Source: a virus (taxonomy: Duplodnaviria > Caudoviricetes). Taken from it: a DNA stretch of 41,361 bases. The stretch spans positions 1-41,361 of IMG/VR virus record IMGVR_UViG_3300048850_000033. One strand, given 5' to 3'. Of this stretch, positions 16,218-24,980 are shown piece by piece. The notes beneath the pieces were generated by a model. That model was not told where the DNA came from and searched no databases. It was given only the letters and a program-made list of their open reading frames with translations. The stretch's first letter is position 1. Every line of letters begins with the position of its first letter. The translations under genes and the position numbers were made by a program.

Positions 16218-18277
16218 CAGCCCGGATCCCCGCCGATGTTCACGCTGGCGACCGGATCACGCGTCAGCATCTGCATGGCGTTGGTCTGCCGCTTCAGCTG
16301 TATCTCCTGCTCGATCTGGTAGCGCTTCAGGGCCATTTCCTGCTGAATGCGCAGCGTTTCGAGTTGCGCCTCCTGCTGCATCTTCTCGCGCTGGAGCTGG
16401 GCGTCGAGCTGGGCCTTCTGCTGGTCGGCCTGGGCCTTGATCTTCACCTTCTCCATTTCCGGATCGGGCTTGCTCGCCTGCGCCTGTTCCAACTGCTTGA
16501 TTTGCTCGGGCGTCGGCTTGGTGAAGTAGAGGTCCGGGGTGCGGAGGCCGGCCGCTTCCACGCCACGAGAGACCGAATTCCAGATGTTCTCCGCCGACAC
16601 ATACGGATTGTTGACGGGGCCATAAGCCGCAAGCAGCTTCTCCTGCTGCTGGCCAACCACCTGCATCATCATCATGTCCCGCTCACGCGTGCCGGCGCCG
16701 AGGCCGGTATTGACTGTGCAATCCATCTCCGCATTCCACTGCCGCGGATCGAAGGTCACCCACTGATTGCGCAGACGCACCATGCGCGGCTTGTCCTGGT
16801 GCTTGATCACCAGCCGCAGGAGGCCCTGAAACACGCGCTTGAGCCCTTGCGCGAAGGTGCGGACCATCAATTCGGTCTGGCCTATGCCGGCCGCCTCGAT
16901 CATTGCGGAGGCCTTGGCCGTCATGTTCTGCAGCGCATCCGGGGCCATGCCGCTTGAAGCGTCCGAAATGCCGGTCCTGTCGGTCGCCTCCTGGTCGAGA
17001 TAGGAGAGCATCGCGAAAGACTTGTCTGCGACCATCGGCACGATGTTGTAACCGACCGCAGATTGGACATCGACTCCCTGATTGACCCTGATCGGCTGGC
17101 CGAATTTCGGATTGAGCACCGCTTCCGGGTTGGCGATCGTGCCCTCTTGAACGATGGGCTGCTGGTTGTTCTGCCAGTAGAGGTTATCCAGCGTCTGGCG
17201 CATCAGCACAGTCTTGACGCGCTGGATCTCCGCCATGTCGTCGGTGACGGAATTGCCTTCGCGCTGATGCGGCCGGCGTTCCGTGATCAGGTCGGCGAAC
17301 GGGACTTCATCCCATTCTTCGTCTTCGAGGAGATTGACCTCCGCCAGACCGCCGGCAAAGACCATGCGGCGCAGTTCGGCAATGCCGTCGTCATCCGCAT
17401 CGATCTTCACATAGAGCTCGTAGTAATCGACCTCCTGCAGCGCCTTGACGATGGAATCGTTCTCGTCGAAGGCGTCGCGCCGGCGCGTGAATTCCTCTTC
17501 CTCCTCGTCGATATCCGAGCCCGAGGCCGGAAAGCTGTCGACCTTCTCCCGGTCGTAGCCCATCGCGACCAGATCGGAGCGGCGCAGGCGCGTCTTCATG
17601 CCCGTAATCGGGCTGTCGTCGATCGAGATGGCGTCCGGGTGGATCAGGAACTCTTCCAGCGGGACCGCGGCGAGCTTCGTGCAGCCGTATTCGGAGACGC
17701 GCCGGATCTTCACATTGTAGAGCGTGACCGGCTGCGGCCCCTGCGGTGTGTCGATCTGCTCCTCGTATTGCTCCTGCTCCAGCACCTCGACATCATCGTC
17801 GGCGACGAGTTGCACCAGCGCCTGCTCGTCAAGGCCCGTATGCTTCGAGACCTGAACCTTCCGCTTCTTGTCGTACCACCAGCGGATGACGCCATTGCGC
17901 AGCTTCAGCGCGTCGTGGGCGGCGTCCTGGACGGCGTCGTAGCCGTCACTCTCGGGGAACACGACGAAGTTGACGTAATCCGTTGCCTGCTCGGCTGCGG
18001 CCTCGTCGCCCTCGTTCACCGGCTGGTATTCGACAACCTTGTCATTGCCGAGGATGGTGCGAATGAGAGACGGCAGAACCTTCTTGATCGCAGCGCGGAC
18101 ATCGCGGGAGACGACCTTCGACCGGTTCGCGTCGGCCGGCGTGTCCTTCATCTCGCCGTCATAATACTCCATCGCCTTGATGCGATCGACGGAAAGCTCG
18201 TCCCGATAGTTCTCGCAATCCTTGACGAGCTGCGAGACCTGGGCCGCAACCTGCTGAGTCGACATCGCAGCCATCAA
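16217..18277 (-). CDS. Portal protein
   Basis: RSKVVSRDVR, HDALKLRNG, TDRTGIS and VNTGLGAG motifs; Gln-rich coiled-coil C-terminus; follows terL. Confidence 0.92.
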   Translation of the reverse strand: MMAAMSTQQVAAQVSQLVKDCENYRDELSVDRIKAMEYYDGEMKDTPADANRSKVVSRDVRAAIKKVLPSLIRTILGNDKVVEYQPVNEGDEAAAEQATDYVNFVVFPESDGYDAVQDAAHDALKLRNGVIRWWYDKKRKVQVSKHTGLDEQALVQLVADDDVEVLEQEQYEEQIDTPQGPQPVTLYNVKIRRVSEYGCTKLAAVPLEEFLIHPDAISIDDSPITGMKTRLRRSDLVAMGYDREKVDSFPASGSDIDEEEEEFTRRRDAFDENDSIVKALQEVDYYELYVKIDADDDGIAELRRMVFAGGLAEVNLLEDEEWDEVPFADLITERRPHQREGNSVTDDMAEIQRVKTVLMRQTLDNLYWQNNQQPIVQEGTIANPEAVLNPKFGQPIRVNQGVDVQSAVGYNIVPMVADKSFAMLSYLDQEATDRTGISDASSGMAPDALQNMTAKASAMIEAAGIGQTELMVRTFAQGLKRVFQGLLRLVIKHQDKPRMVRLRNQWVTFDPRQWNAEMDCTVNTGLGAGTRERDMMMMQVVGQQQEKLLAAYGPVNNPYVSAENIWNSVSRGVEAAGLRTPDLYFTKPTPEQIKQLEQAQASKPDPEMEKVKIKAQADQQKAQLDAQLQREKMQQEAQLETLRIQQEMALKRYQIEQEIQLKRQTNAMQMLTRDPVASVNIGGDPG

Positions 18278-19779
18278 ACAACCTTCCGATCAGTGAATTT
18301 CCAAGAGCCTCCAGTGACCGGCGGCACGTAGCCATCGGTAAACGTCATGAAGGCGTCAGCGCCGTGGCTGTGTTCGTCATGCCGTGGGTGGCTACGCCAG
18401 ACGGCGAGCTTCTCGTCCCAATCGCGGCTGTAGTTTTCGAGGTGCAGAATACCGGCAGAGCATGCCGCTTCATCGAATACGCAACCCGGCAGCTTCATGC
18501 GGACGCCGTGAATGGCGTTGACCTTGTCGGGGTTGCGCTGGACCGTTTTGAACACAAAGCCCAGATCGGCCGACATGGTCTTGATGGTCTCTGCCTGCCC
18601 CGAGGTTTTCGTCTGGCGGCGATGGTCGATGTCATGGGGTCCGTGGTGCACGCCCCATCTCGCGCCTCTCTGCGCCGCCCATTTGTCGAGCCATGTGAAA
18701 TAGTGGCCGAGGCCCATCCCACTGTCTTCGAAGTAGCCAACGAAGCGATGCTCGCCGGCAACCTCCTGATGCAGCCAAATCGTCTGAGTGTCTCCGAGGC
18801 CGAAGTCCCAGAAGGTGTTGACGACGATGTTCGGAACGTATGGGAAGACGCCAATGCGACCGCGCTGCCTTAGCGCACGCATCTCCTTGCCGAAATACGC
18901 TCCCTCCTTCGCCGCCTGAAACGCCTCGTCTGGTGTCGAAGGGAATTCCTTCCACATATCATCGCCCTGCTCGGCTCTCTTGGACACGTACCACCACTTC
19001 TGAGGTTCGGTGAGCTGGATGCCGTGCTCCGCCTCCAGCCCGGCGAAGTAGGCCTGATCCTCAGATGTGAGGAGAACAGGCTGATCAAGCTGGTAGGTGG
19101 CGTCCTGCCACCATGCGAAGAAATGGAACCGGTATTCCATGTCACCGGGATTGCGACCGCTGTCGAGGATTCGGCGAGCCGCCTGTGTTTTCTCGTAGAA
19201 GTCGCCACCGCGCCCCTCTGCTGTGCTCTCGATAAAGCCAAGCTGCCGGGCCGCCAGAGTGTTCAGCGACCCGGACTTGATTTCCTTCGCCTTGTCTGGC
19301 GCCTTCGCGCAGATCTTCCCGTATTCCGAGATGTGCAGGAAGTTCTTCGTACCCGATCGCAGCGAGACGCCGACCTCGACGCTTGAACCGTTGCTGAATT
19401 CGATCTCGCCCTTGTTGTCCGCCGATATCTCGACCACCCGCCGAATCTCATCCGGCAGCCGCTCATAGGCGAACTTGATGCGCTTCAGCAGGTTTTCGGC
19501 ATTCTTCTTCGTGTCAGCGACGAGGCCGGCCGCGAAGTTGGAATTGAAGATGCAGCAGTCCAAGGCGAGGATCAGAATGAACGTGCTGAAACCCATCTGC
19601 CGAGCCTTGAGCACGATATTCAGATAGTGCAGCTCGTCGAGCAGCTTCTCCTGCGCCAGGTTCATATTGAACCGCACAACGTTGCCGTGCTTGTCCTCAA
19701 TGAAATACAGGTTCTGCAGCCGCCAGCGCCGGTCGGCCCAGAGCTCGACGACCTCGTCACTTAGAGCGGGTTCGCCCAT
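18274..19779 (-). CDS. terL: Terminase large subunit
   Basis: LKARQMGFST Walker A, LHISE Walker B, ESTAEG motif C, WDFG and HGADAF nuclease motifs. Confidence 0.95.
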   Translation of the reverse strand: MGEPALSDEVVELWADRRWRLQNLYFIEDKHGNVVRFNMNLAQEKLLDELHYLNIVLKARQMGFSTFILILALDCCIFNSNFAAGLVADTKKNAENLLKRIKFAYERLPDEIRRVVEISADNKGEIEFSNGSSVEVGVSLRSGTKNFLHISEYGKICAKAPDKAKEIKSGSLNTLAARQLGFIESTAEGRGGDFYEKTQAARRILDSGRNPGDMEYRFHFFAWWQDATYQLDQPVLLTSEDQAYFAGLEAEHGIQLTEPQKWWYVSKRAEQGDDMWKEFPSTPDEAFQAAKEGAYFGKEMRALRQRGRIGVFPYVPNIVVNTFWDFGLGDTQTIWLHQEVAGEHRFVGYFEDSGMGLGHYFTWLDKWAAQRGARWGVHHGPHDIDHRRQTKTSGQAETIKTMSADLGFVFKTVQRNPDKVNAIHGVRMKLPGCVFDEAACSAGILHLENYSRDWDEKLAVWRSHPRHDEHSHGADAFMTFTDGYVPPVTGGSWKFTDRKVV

Positions 19780-20215
19780 CGATCGCCTTCATCAATGCCA
19801 TGACGCTGTCGCCGGCCTCGACCGTCGTCTTCTGCTCCACATCCAGCTTGTCGCCGTATTTCTTCGGTCGCATCTTGGCCGCAACCCATTTGCGCGTCTC
19901 GATCTGCAGGCGCCGGTGCTCGGTCATGTCGAAGGTGGTTTCCTCAACCTTCCCGTCCGATGTCTTCTTGGTTTTCTTGCCGATCTTGGGCGTGTCGGCG
20001 AGCTCGATCATCTCGTCGACGAGAAGGTCAGCCTGGGCCTCGCGCGCACGCGCGTACTGGTCGGAGAACTCGCTGTTTTGACCCAGCCACTTAAACACCG
20101 TGGACTTGTTAGGCATCGCCTTGTTGCGGCAAATCGCGCGAAGGCTCATGCCATTTGCCAAGCGCTCGCAGATGGCGTCTGCCTTTGCTTGGGTGAATGT
20201 CGTTGGTCTACCCAT
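19757..20215 (-). CDS. terS: Terminase small subunit (Sf6 gp1-like)
   Basis: GRPT..ICERLANGMSLRAIC..MP..STVFKWL..YARAREAQAD..RKWVAAKMRPKKYGDK. Confidence 0.92.
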   Translation of the reverse strand: MGRPTTFTQAKADAICERLANGMSLRAICRNKAMPNKSTVFKWLGQNSEFSDQYARAREAQADLLVDEMIELADTPKIGKKTKKTSDGKVEETTFDMTEHRRLQIETRKWVAAKMRPKKYGDKLDVEQKTTVEAGDSVMALMKAIDGRTRSK

Positions 20216-20450
20216 TGAAGGGGCTGCCGTCCGCATTCGGGACCGGGAAGATTCTGCTGCTCATCGTCCCGAGCCTAGCGTCTCTCAATGCGAGAACATC
20301 TTCTGCCCTCACGCCGACATACATGTAAGTCCTGACCATCTCCTCAATGTGAGCCATATTCAGCTCCGAGCGGCGCATGCGAAGCCTGTGCTTCTGAAGC
20401 GCGATGGTGGCTTCGCGCAGCTCGTCGATCTCTTGGACGCTGTATTTCAT
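20208..20450 (-). CDS. Hypothetical protein
   Basis: SD AGGTG before the ATG at 20450; overlaps the terS start. Confidence 0.6.
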   Translation of the reverse strand: MKYSVQEIDELREATIALQKHRLRMRRSELNMAHIEEMVRTYMYVGVRAEDVLALRDARLGTMSSRIFPVPNADGSPFNG

Positions 20451-20472
20451 CTCGCACCTGCCGGGTTTCCGT

Positions 20473-20540
20473 GTACGTACAAAAATAATTTCCGTACGTA
20501 CATTATTTCCTTGCGCGGCTCGCACATTTATCGTACGTAC
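20473..20540. promoter_or_regulatory. Three palindromic GTACGTAC boxes, likely BrnA operators
   Basis: GTACGTAC at 20473, 20494 and 20533 in AT-rich DNA directly upstream of brnT. Confidence 0.65.
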
Positions 20541-20545
20541 AATTT

Positions 20546-20791
20546 ATGAAGATCATCTGGGACGAACCGAAGCGCATCGCCAATATCGAGAAGCACGGCC
20601 TCGACTTCGCCGACCTGTCTCTCGATTTCTTCCTTGCCTCTCTCGTCGTCCCGGCGAAGAATGGTCGGTCAAAAGCTATCGGCCGCCTTGAGGACGGGAC
20701 AATCGTCGTGATCTTCGTCACCCTTGGCTCTGAGGCGCTGTCGGTCATATCGATGCGCCCGGCCCGAAAAGATGAAAGGAGCCTGCTCTGA
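20546..20791 (+). CDS. brnT: BrnT family toxin (RelE-like RNase)
   Basis: WDEPKRIANIEKHGLDF ... VISMRPARKDER signature. Confidence 0.93.
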   Translation: MKIIWDEPKRIANIEKHGLDFADLSLDFFLASLVVPAKNGRSKAIGRLEDGTIVVIFVTLGSEALSVISMRPARKDERSLL

Positions 20792-21114
20792 TGGCTATCA
20801 CGTACAAGCGCCTGGAAGAGTTCCAGCCTGGCCGCGGCTACAGCAAAGAGGACTGGGACGCCGTGTCAGACAACCCGCCTCTGACTGAGGAAGAGATGAA
20901 GCAGGCGCGCCCATTCAAAGAAGTCTTCCCCGACATCGCGGAGGAGATTGAGAAGGCCGTCCGTGGGCGACCAAAGGCCGACCTGACCAAGACGCCGGTT
21001 ACGATCCGTCTCGACCCCGACATTGTCGATCATTACAAGGCGACCGGCAAAGGCTGGCAGAGCCGAATGAATGACGACCTTAGAAAGGCCGCCGGGTTGA
21101 AGAAGGCTAGTTGA
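20791..21114 (+). CDS. brnA: BrnA family antitoxin (C-terminal RHH)
   Basis: DNPPLTEE, RGRP and VTIRLDPDIVDHYKATGKGWQSRMNDDLR signature. Confidence 0.93.
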   Translation: MAITYKRLEEFQPGRGYSKEDWDAVSDNPPLTEEEMKQARPFKEVFPDIAEEIEKAVRGRPKADLTKTPVTIRLDPDIVDHYKATGKGWQSRMNDDLRKAAGLKKAS

Positions 21115-21257
21115 AGCCCGACTTGCCCACTTGAACGCCGTATGATGAGGGTGTGACGACCCCGGAGCGGCGGCGTTGGCTTCTACAGCCACGAGTGCAG
21201 GCCTTGTTCCTCGCGTCGGTTGTCGAGGTGAGGAGTACCCCGCTCCTGCATGAAACT

Positions 21258-21422
21258 TTATTCGCTCGGCGCGGCTCGCTTGAAGAACAGCACCCACTCG
21301 TAAGTCGAGCAGCGCACGACCTGGAGGAGTTCGTACCCTTCCGCTGCCTTGGCGTTGATGAGGGATTGCATGCCCTCTAGGCCGGATGGGCCTTTGTCGA
21401 AGGGGAGGACGAGGTACGGCAT
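21258..21422 (-). CDS. DUF4177-like small protein (54 aa, absent from the ORF track)
   Basis: MPYLVLPFDKGPSGLEGMQSLINAKAAEGYELLQVVRCSTYEWVLFFKRAAPSE; TGATG coupling with the upstream gene. Confidence 0.65.
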   Translation of the reverse strand: MPYLVLPFDKGPSGLEGMQSLINAKAAEGYELLQVVRCSTYEWVLFFKRAAPSE

Positions 21423-21610
21423 CAGAAAACTTCTGGGTAAAGGGCCCGCGCTGGCCTCTCAAGCCACGGCATCCGCCACATGAGGGTCAGGCGCCAGACC
21501 TGAACCTGCATTGCGTTGGCCAGCCGGAACTTGGCGAAATATCCGCGTTGCGTCCACCTAGCGCTGAAGAGTTTTGCTTTCGGAAGCCGCTTCCTCTGCT
21601 CTCGGGTCAT
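21422..21610 (-). CDS. Basic hypothetical protein (62 aa)
   Basis: SD AGGAG before the ATG at 21610; coupled to the next gene. Confidence 0.6.
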   Translation of the reverse strand: MTREQRKRLPKAKLFSARWTQRGYFAKFRLANAMQVQVWRLTLMWRMPWLERPARALYPEVF

Positions 21611-21629
21611 CTCATCTCCTGAAACGATG

Positions 21630-21668
21630 AAGCCCCGCCATCCGGGTGACAAACCGGGGCGGGGCTCC
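21630..21668 (-). terminator. GC-rich hairpin ahead of the late genes (tR'-like candidate)
   Basis: AGCCCCGCC...GGCGGGGCT stem just downstream of the 21690 ORF. Confidence 0.55.
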
Positions 21669-21689
21669 TCTGGCGTTATCTGTTGCCGC

Positions 21690-22478
21690 CTATGCGGCTT
21701 GTTTCTTCTCCGCCTTCTTCCGCCTCTCGGCTTCACGCTGGCGGCGCAGCTCGTTTCGAGCCTCTGCCCACGAAAAGTCTCTCGCTTCGAGAACACCGAC
21801 CGGGCTGAAGGCTGTGTCATCCATGATGGATCGCAGTCCTTCTTCGCTAACCGATCCGGCTCCGATCATGTCTGAAATATGCTCGAAAACCGCACCAACA
21901 GGCAACACCCCGATTTCGCCACTTCCGTTATTGGATGAACTTCCCCGAACAAGTTGCTGTTCAATAACGGCAATTGCCCGGTCTTTTCGTCTCGTTCCGG
22001 TAATCTCGTGGATGCCTTCTGCTCGGCACCACGCGGCGAAGGAGACGCTCTTGCTGGTCCTCTTGTGCAGCGTCAGCTTGGCCTTCCCCATCTTCTTGCC
22101 GGCTCGCTTGGTCTTCTTTTCGTGCGCCTGGAGCGTGTTTGCCTTCGATGCCGCCCAAGCCCACAGAGCCCGGCGATTGCCCTCGTCGGACACGAGGGTA
22201 ACGAGATCGTTCGCCCGCTCCCACAGGCCGACGTCCTCGGGCTCGAGGCGGCGCTCGTCAACATCCCAGAAGCGATGGACCCATTCGTTGAAGGGATCGT
22301 CATCCTTGTGGAGCTGTTCGTCGCGCAGATAGGTCTTGATGCGGGACTTGACGTCGAGCTCGTCGTGGATGAACGGCACCCATGAGCCTTTTAGCCTTTG
22401 CGGCCGCGCGTTGATCGGCAGCCGTTCGTCGATGATCGCCGCCTTGATGAATAGCTCTGCAATCTCTGCTTTGTTCAT
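21690..22478 (-). CDS. Hypothetical protein, candidate late-gene regulator (Q position)
   Basis: Last gene of the early-left block before a hairpin and the packaging genes; function inferred from position only. Confidence 0.55.
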   Translation of the reverse strand: MNKAEIAELFIKAAIIDERLPINARPQRLKGSWVPFIHDELDVKSRIKTYLRDEQLHKDDDPFNEWVHRFWDVDERRLEPEDVGLWERANDLVTLVSDEGNRRALWAWAASKANTLQAHEKKTKRAGKKMGKAKLTLHKRTSKSVSFAAWCRAEGIHEITGTRRKDRAIAVIEQQLVRGSSSNNGSGEIGVLPVGAVFEHISDMIGAGSVSEEGLRSIMDDTAFSPVGVLEARDFSWAEARNELRRQREAERRKKAEKKQAA

Positions 22479-22915
22479 GCTGCTGCTCTCCGCCTATCGT
22501 CAAATAGATCGCCTTGCATGGCGTTCGGTCCAAACTTCCTGATCACCCGTTCGTAAAGCATCCCGACCAGGGCAAAACGCTGATGGGGTAAGCGCTTGGC
22601 AATGTACTGCAGTTCGGCTACCGGGGCGGCGTCGAACATCTCCAGCCATTCCGTCGGGCGATCCTCAATGATCGCGTGACACGTCGACACCAGGTCACTG
22701 ACGCACCAGAGGAGATGCTTGTCGATATAGCCCTGATTGTTTTCCGTCTCCGCGACCGTGGAAAGCACCATCCGGAAATGATCCTCGCCCTTGGCCGAGA
22801 GGATCCGATCCATGGTCACGACGGCACGCGTCTCGCGAATGCCAGGATATGCGCGACCGTCAACAATCTTGATCCCGTACTCCCCGCAAAGGCTGTAGAC
22901 GCGCTGGTCGATCAT
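22475..22915 (-). CDS. Hypothetical protein
   Basis: ATGA coupling at both ends. Confidence 0.75.
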   Translation of the reverse strand: MIDQRVYSLCGEYGIKIVDGRAYPGIRETRAVVTMDRILSAKGEDHFRMVLSTVAETENNQGYIDKHLLWCVSDLVSTCHAIIEDRPTEWLEMFDAAPVAELQYIAKRLPHQRFALVGMLYERVIRKFGPNAMQGDLFDDRRRAAA

Positions 22916-23466
22916 CCTGCCGCCCTCCGCTTCTTCTGCCTCGCAAAGCTCTCTCTGGCCTGCCGTGCCTTTCGATCGATCCATGAGACCGCTTCCGGGT
23001 CTCCCCTCTGCGCCTCGACCTTCCGGACCGAGTGAATAATCCCGGTGTGCTCTCGATTGAGGACGTGGCCGATCTGGGGATAGGACAGCCCGCGCTGCCG
23101 GAGCTCCCATGCGATTTGATCCCGAAGGCGGACGAGGGATTGTGACCGGCAGTGCCCGCGCAGGTCATCGAAGTGGATTCGCGCTTCAAGGCAGCGCATC
23201 TTCGCGTGCTCGGTCGGCGTCAGGCTCTCTTTCTGCCGAAGCAAGTGCAGCCGGTAGGCGAAGACGTGATCGACGGCGTCAGGTCGTGGCCGTAGCTTGC
23301 GAGGACGGCCGCCGGCGTTGATCTTCGCCTTGGGCGGTATGACGACGTGCTCCGCCCTTACCAGCGCTAGGCGGGGCGCTATGGGCTTCCCCATCAATCG
23401 GGCACGACGGGCGGCAATCTCTGCCGGCGTTGCGATGCGTACTTCGGCGAGGGATTGGTAATTCAT
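22912..23466 (-). CDS. Protein with DnaA C-terminal (domain IV) HTH
   Basis: RDQIAWELRQRGLSYPQIGHVLNREHTGIIHSVRKVE resembles the DnaA-C SLPxIGxxFxxRDHTTVxHAxRKI signature. Confidence 0.8.
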   Translation of the reverse strand: MNYQSLAEVRIATPAEIAARRARLMGKPIAPRLALVRAEHVVIPPKAKINAGGRPRKLRPRPDAVDHVFAYRLHLLRQKESLTPTEHAKMRCLEARIHFDDLRGHCRSQSLVRLRDQIAWELRQRGLSYPQIGHVLNREHTGIIHSVRKVEAQRGDPEAVSWIDRKARQARESFARQKKRRAAG

Positions 23467-23699
23467 CCTCGACCTCCCACGCGGCGCATAAGCTCGGGAA
23501 GGATGACGTGCCACATGGTGGCATCGTAGACAGGCTCACCGGGCGCGAATGCCAGAGGCGTCATGTTCGCCATATAGAGCTTTGCCGATGCGATGAGACT
23601 TGCATCCGTCATGTTCGCAAACTCGGCCCGGCGCTCAACCGCCCATTCCCGATACTCGGAGGCCTTCTTCTCGGCCTCAGGCGTCAGTTTGAACGTCAT
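23463..23699 (-). CDS. Hypothetical protein
   Basis: SD GGAGG; ATGA coupling. Confidence 0.7.
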   Translation of the reverse strand: MTFKLTPEAEKKASEYREWAVERRAEFANMTDASLIASAKLYMANMTPLAFAPGEPVYDATMWHVILPELMRRVGGRG

Positions 23700-23893
23700 G
23701 CCCCTGCCCTCCTGCGATACGCACATATGACCCCGGCGCCGTCGTGATCGACATCCTCCACGCGAATTTCCCACGCCCAATCGCCGGCGCGGGTGTCGTA
23801 GAACTCCTCGCCATCCAGCCAGCGAACGTCGACGCGCTCACCTGCTGGAACCGGACGTTCCCGCTCGCCCTTCCACTCTATCCAGTCGCTCAT
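23696..23893 (-). CDS. Small Trp-rich hypothetical protein (DUF551-like)
   Basis: MSDWIEWKG..RPVP..VDVRW pattern; ATGA coupling. Confidence 0.7.
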   Translation of the reverse strand: MSDWIEWKGERERPVPAGERVDVRWLDGEEFYDTRAGDWAWEIRVEDVDHDGAGVICAYRRRAGA

Positions 23894-24192
23894 GCCCCTG
23901 CCCTCCGGCGCTCGATCGGTATGACTCTGCCGTTCTTGCGGATAGGTCTCAGGCTGAACAGCGCATCCGCCGCGGCGAACCGCTCTGCCTTGGCGCCGTC
24001 GCGCAGATACTCGCCATTGAAATACCGCAGCAGATGACGGTTGACGGCCCGGAGCGCTTCCAACTCGGTAGGGAACACTTCCGGCTTGTCGCCCTTCCCC
24101 ATGATGGGTTTCGGCTTGCCGTCTCGGGCAAAGCGGAGCATGGCCCAATGGCCTCCAGGAACTGCCTTCGTATAGCCCGCAAACTCGTTCAT
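23890..24192 (-). CDS. Hypothetical protein
   Basis: ATGA coupling at both ends. Confidence 0.7.
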   Translation of the reverse strand: MNEFAGYTKAVPGGHWAMLRFARDGKPKPIMGKGDKPEVFPTELEALRAVNRHLLRYFNGEYLRDGAKAERFAAADALFSLRPIRKNGRVIPIERRRAGA

Positions 24193-24980
24193 ACGCCGCA
24201 CATCCCTTCGCATTCGTTGATGAACATGTTGAGCTGACCGCGATCCTCGGCGGTCGAAAGATCGACTTCTGAGAGAGGCACCAGAGAAGGATGAATGAAT
24301 GGTGTGCCGCGAAGCAGCACTCTGTCTTCCCGGATCATCTCATCAAAGCGAACCGCTTCTTCCCACGAGCACCGATCATTCGCTTTCATGTCCCGCCACA
24401 TGGCATCGCTGTGAAACGGGCAGAAGGTGCAGGCGCTCTTGGGCGCGCGGGGATACTGGCGTTCCTCCTTCCACTTCAGGCAGTCCCGGCGAGACATACG
24501 CATCTCGATCAGGGGCCAGCGATGCTCCACGAATGACAGCCGTGACGGCTTCATGCGGGATGCTTCATCAAGCGAAATGCCAATCCACTGGACGACCTTG
24601 ACCGTCTTCGGGCCACGTTGCCGAGGCTTCAAGCCGATCAGTTCGCGGACCTTCTTTTGGATCGGGATTATCTTGTAATCCTGCGTGCACTGGCGGTTGC
24701 TAAACCCCTTTGAGCCGTTCGGGTTTAGGATATGGAAGGGGGGCCTGCCGTTCGTCTTGCCCCTCTTCATATCCTCAACGATATTGCCGGCCGCGACCCG
24801 GTGGACCGGGAAAGGCAATTGCTTCTCAAGCCATTCAAGATGCTGGTAGACCACCTTGGGCTCGGCGCCGGTGTCAGCGAAGATCGCGCAATCAGGCATT
24901 GGGCCGATATCGCCGCGTGCCGCCATCAGAGCGAGGGTGGTGGACTGAACGCCAGCCCCAAGGGAAATGACGTTCATCAT
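24189..24980 (-). CDS. PAPS reductase-like (PP-loop) protein
   Basis: VISLGAGVQST, IFADTGAE, RQCTQDYKI, WIGISLDE, PKSACTFCPFH and ECEGMCG motifs. Confidence 0.85.
   Translation of the reverse strand: MMNVISLGAGVQSTTLALMAARGDIGPMPDCAIFADTGAEPKVVYQHLEWLEKQLPFPVHRVAAGNIVEDMKRGKTNGRPPFHILNPNGSKGFSNRQCTQDYKIIPIQKKVRELIGLKPRQRGPKTVKVVQWIGISLDEASRMKPSRLSFVEHRWPLIEMRMSRRDCLKWKEERQYPRAPKSACTFCPFHSDAMWRDMKANDRCSWEEAVRFDEMIREDRVLLRGTPFIHPSLVPLSEVDLSTAEDRGQLNMFINECEGMCGV

Noticed and set aside
11054-18331. Long + strand ORFs (11054-12277, 14184-15503, 15519-16322, 17063-18331 and others)
   Set aside because: Antisense shadows of GC-rich structural genes; no motifs or SD, and they fully overlap well-supported genes
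21136-21175. Hammerhead-like ATGATGAG...stem...GGAG
   Set aside because: Lacks the invariant CUGANGA and GAAA core
21200-21235. HDV-like ribozyme suggested by TCCTCGC
   Set aside because: Could not build consistent P1, P2 and P3 pairings around it
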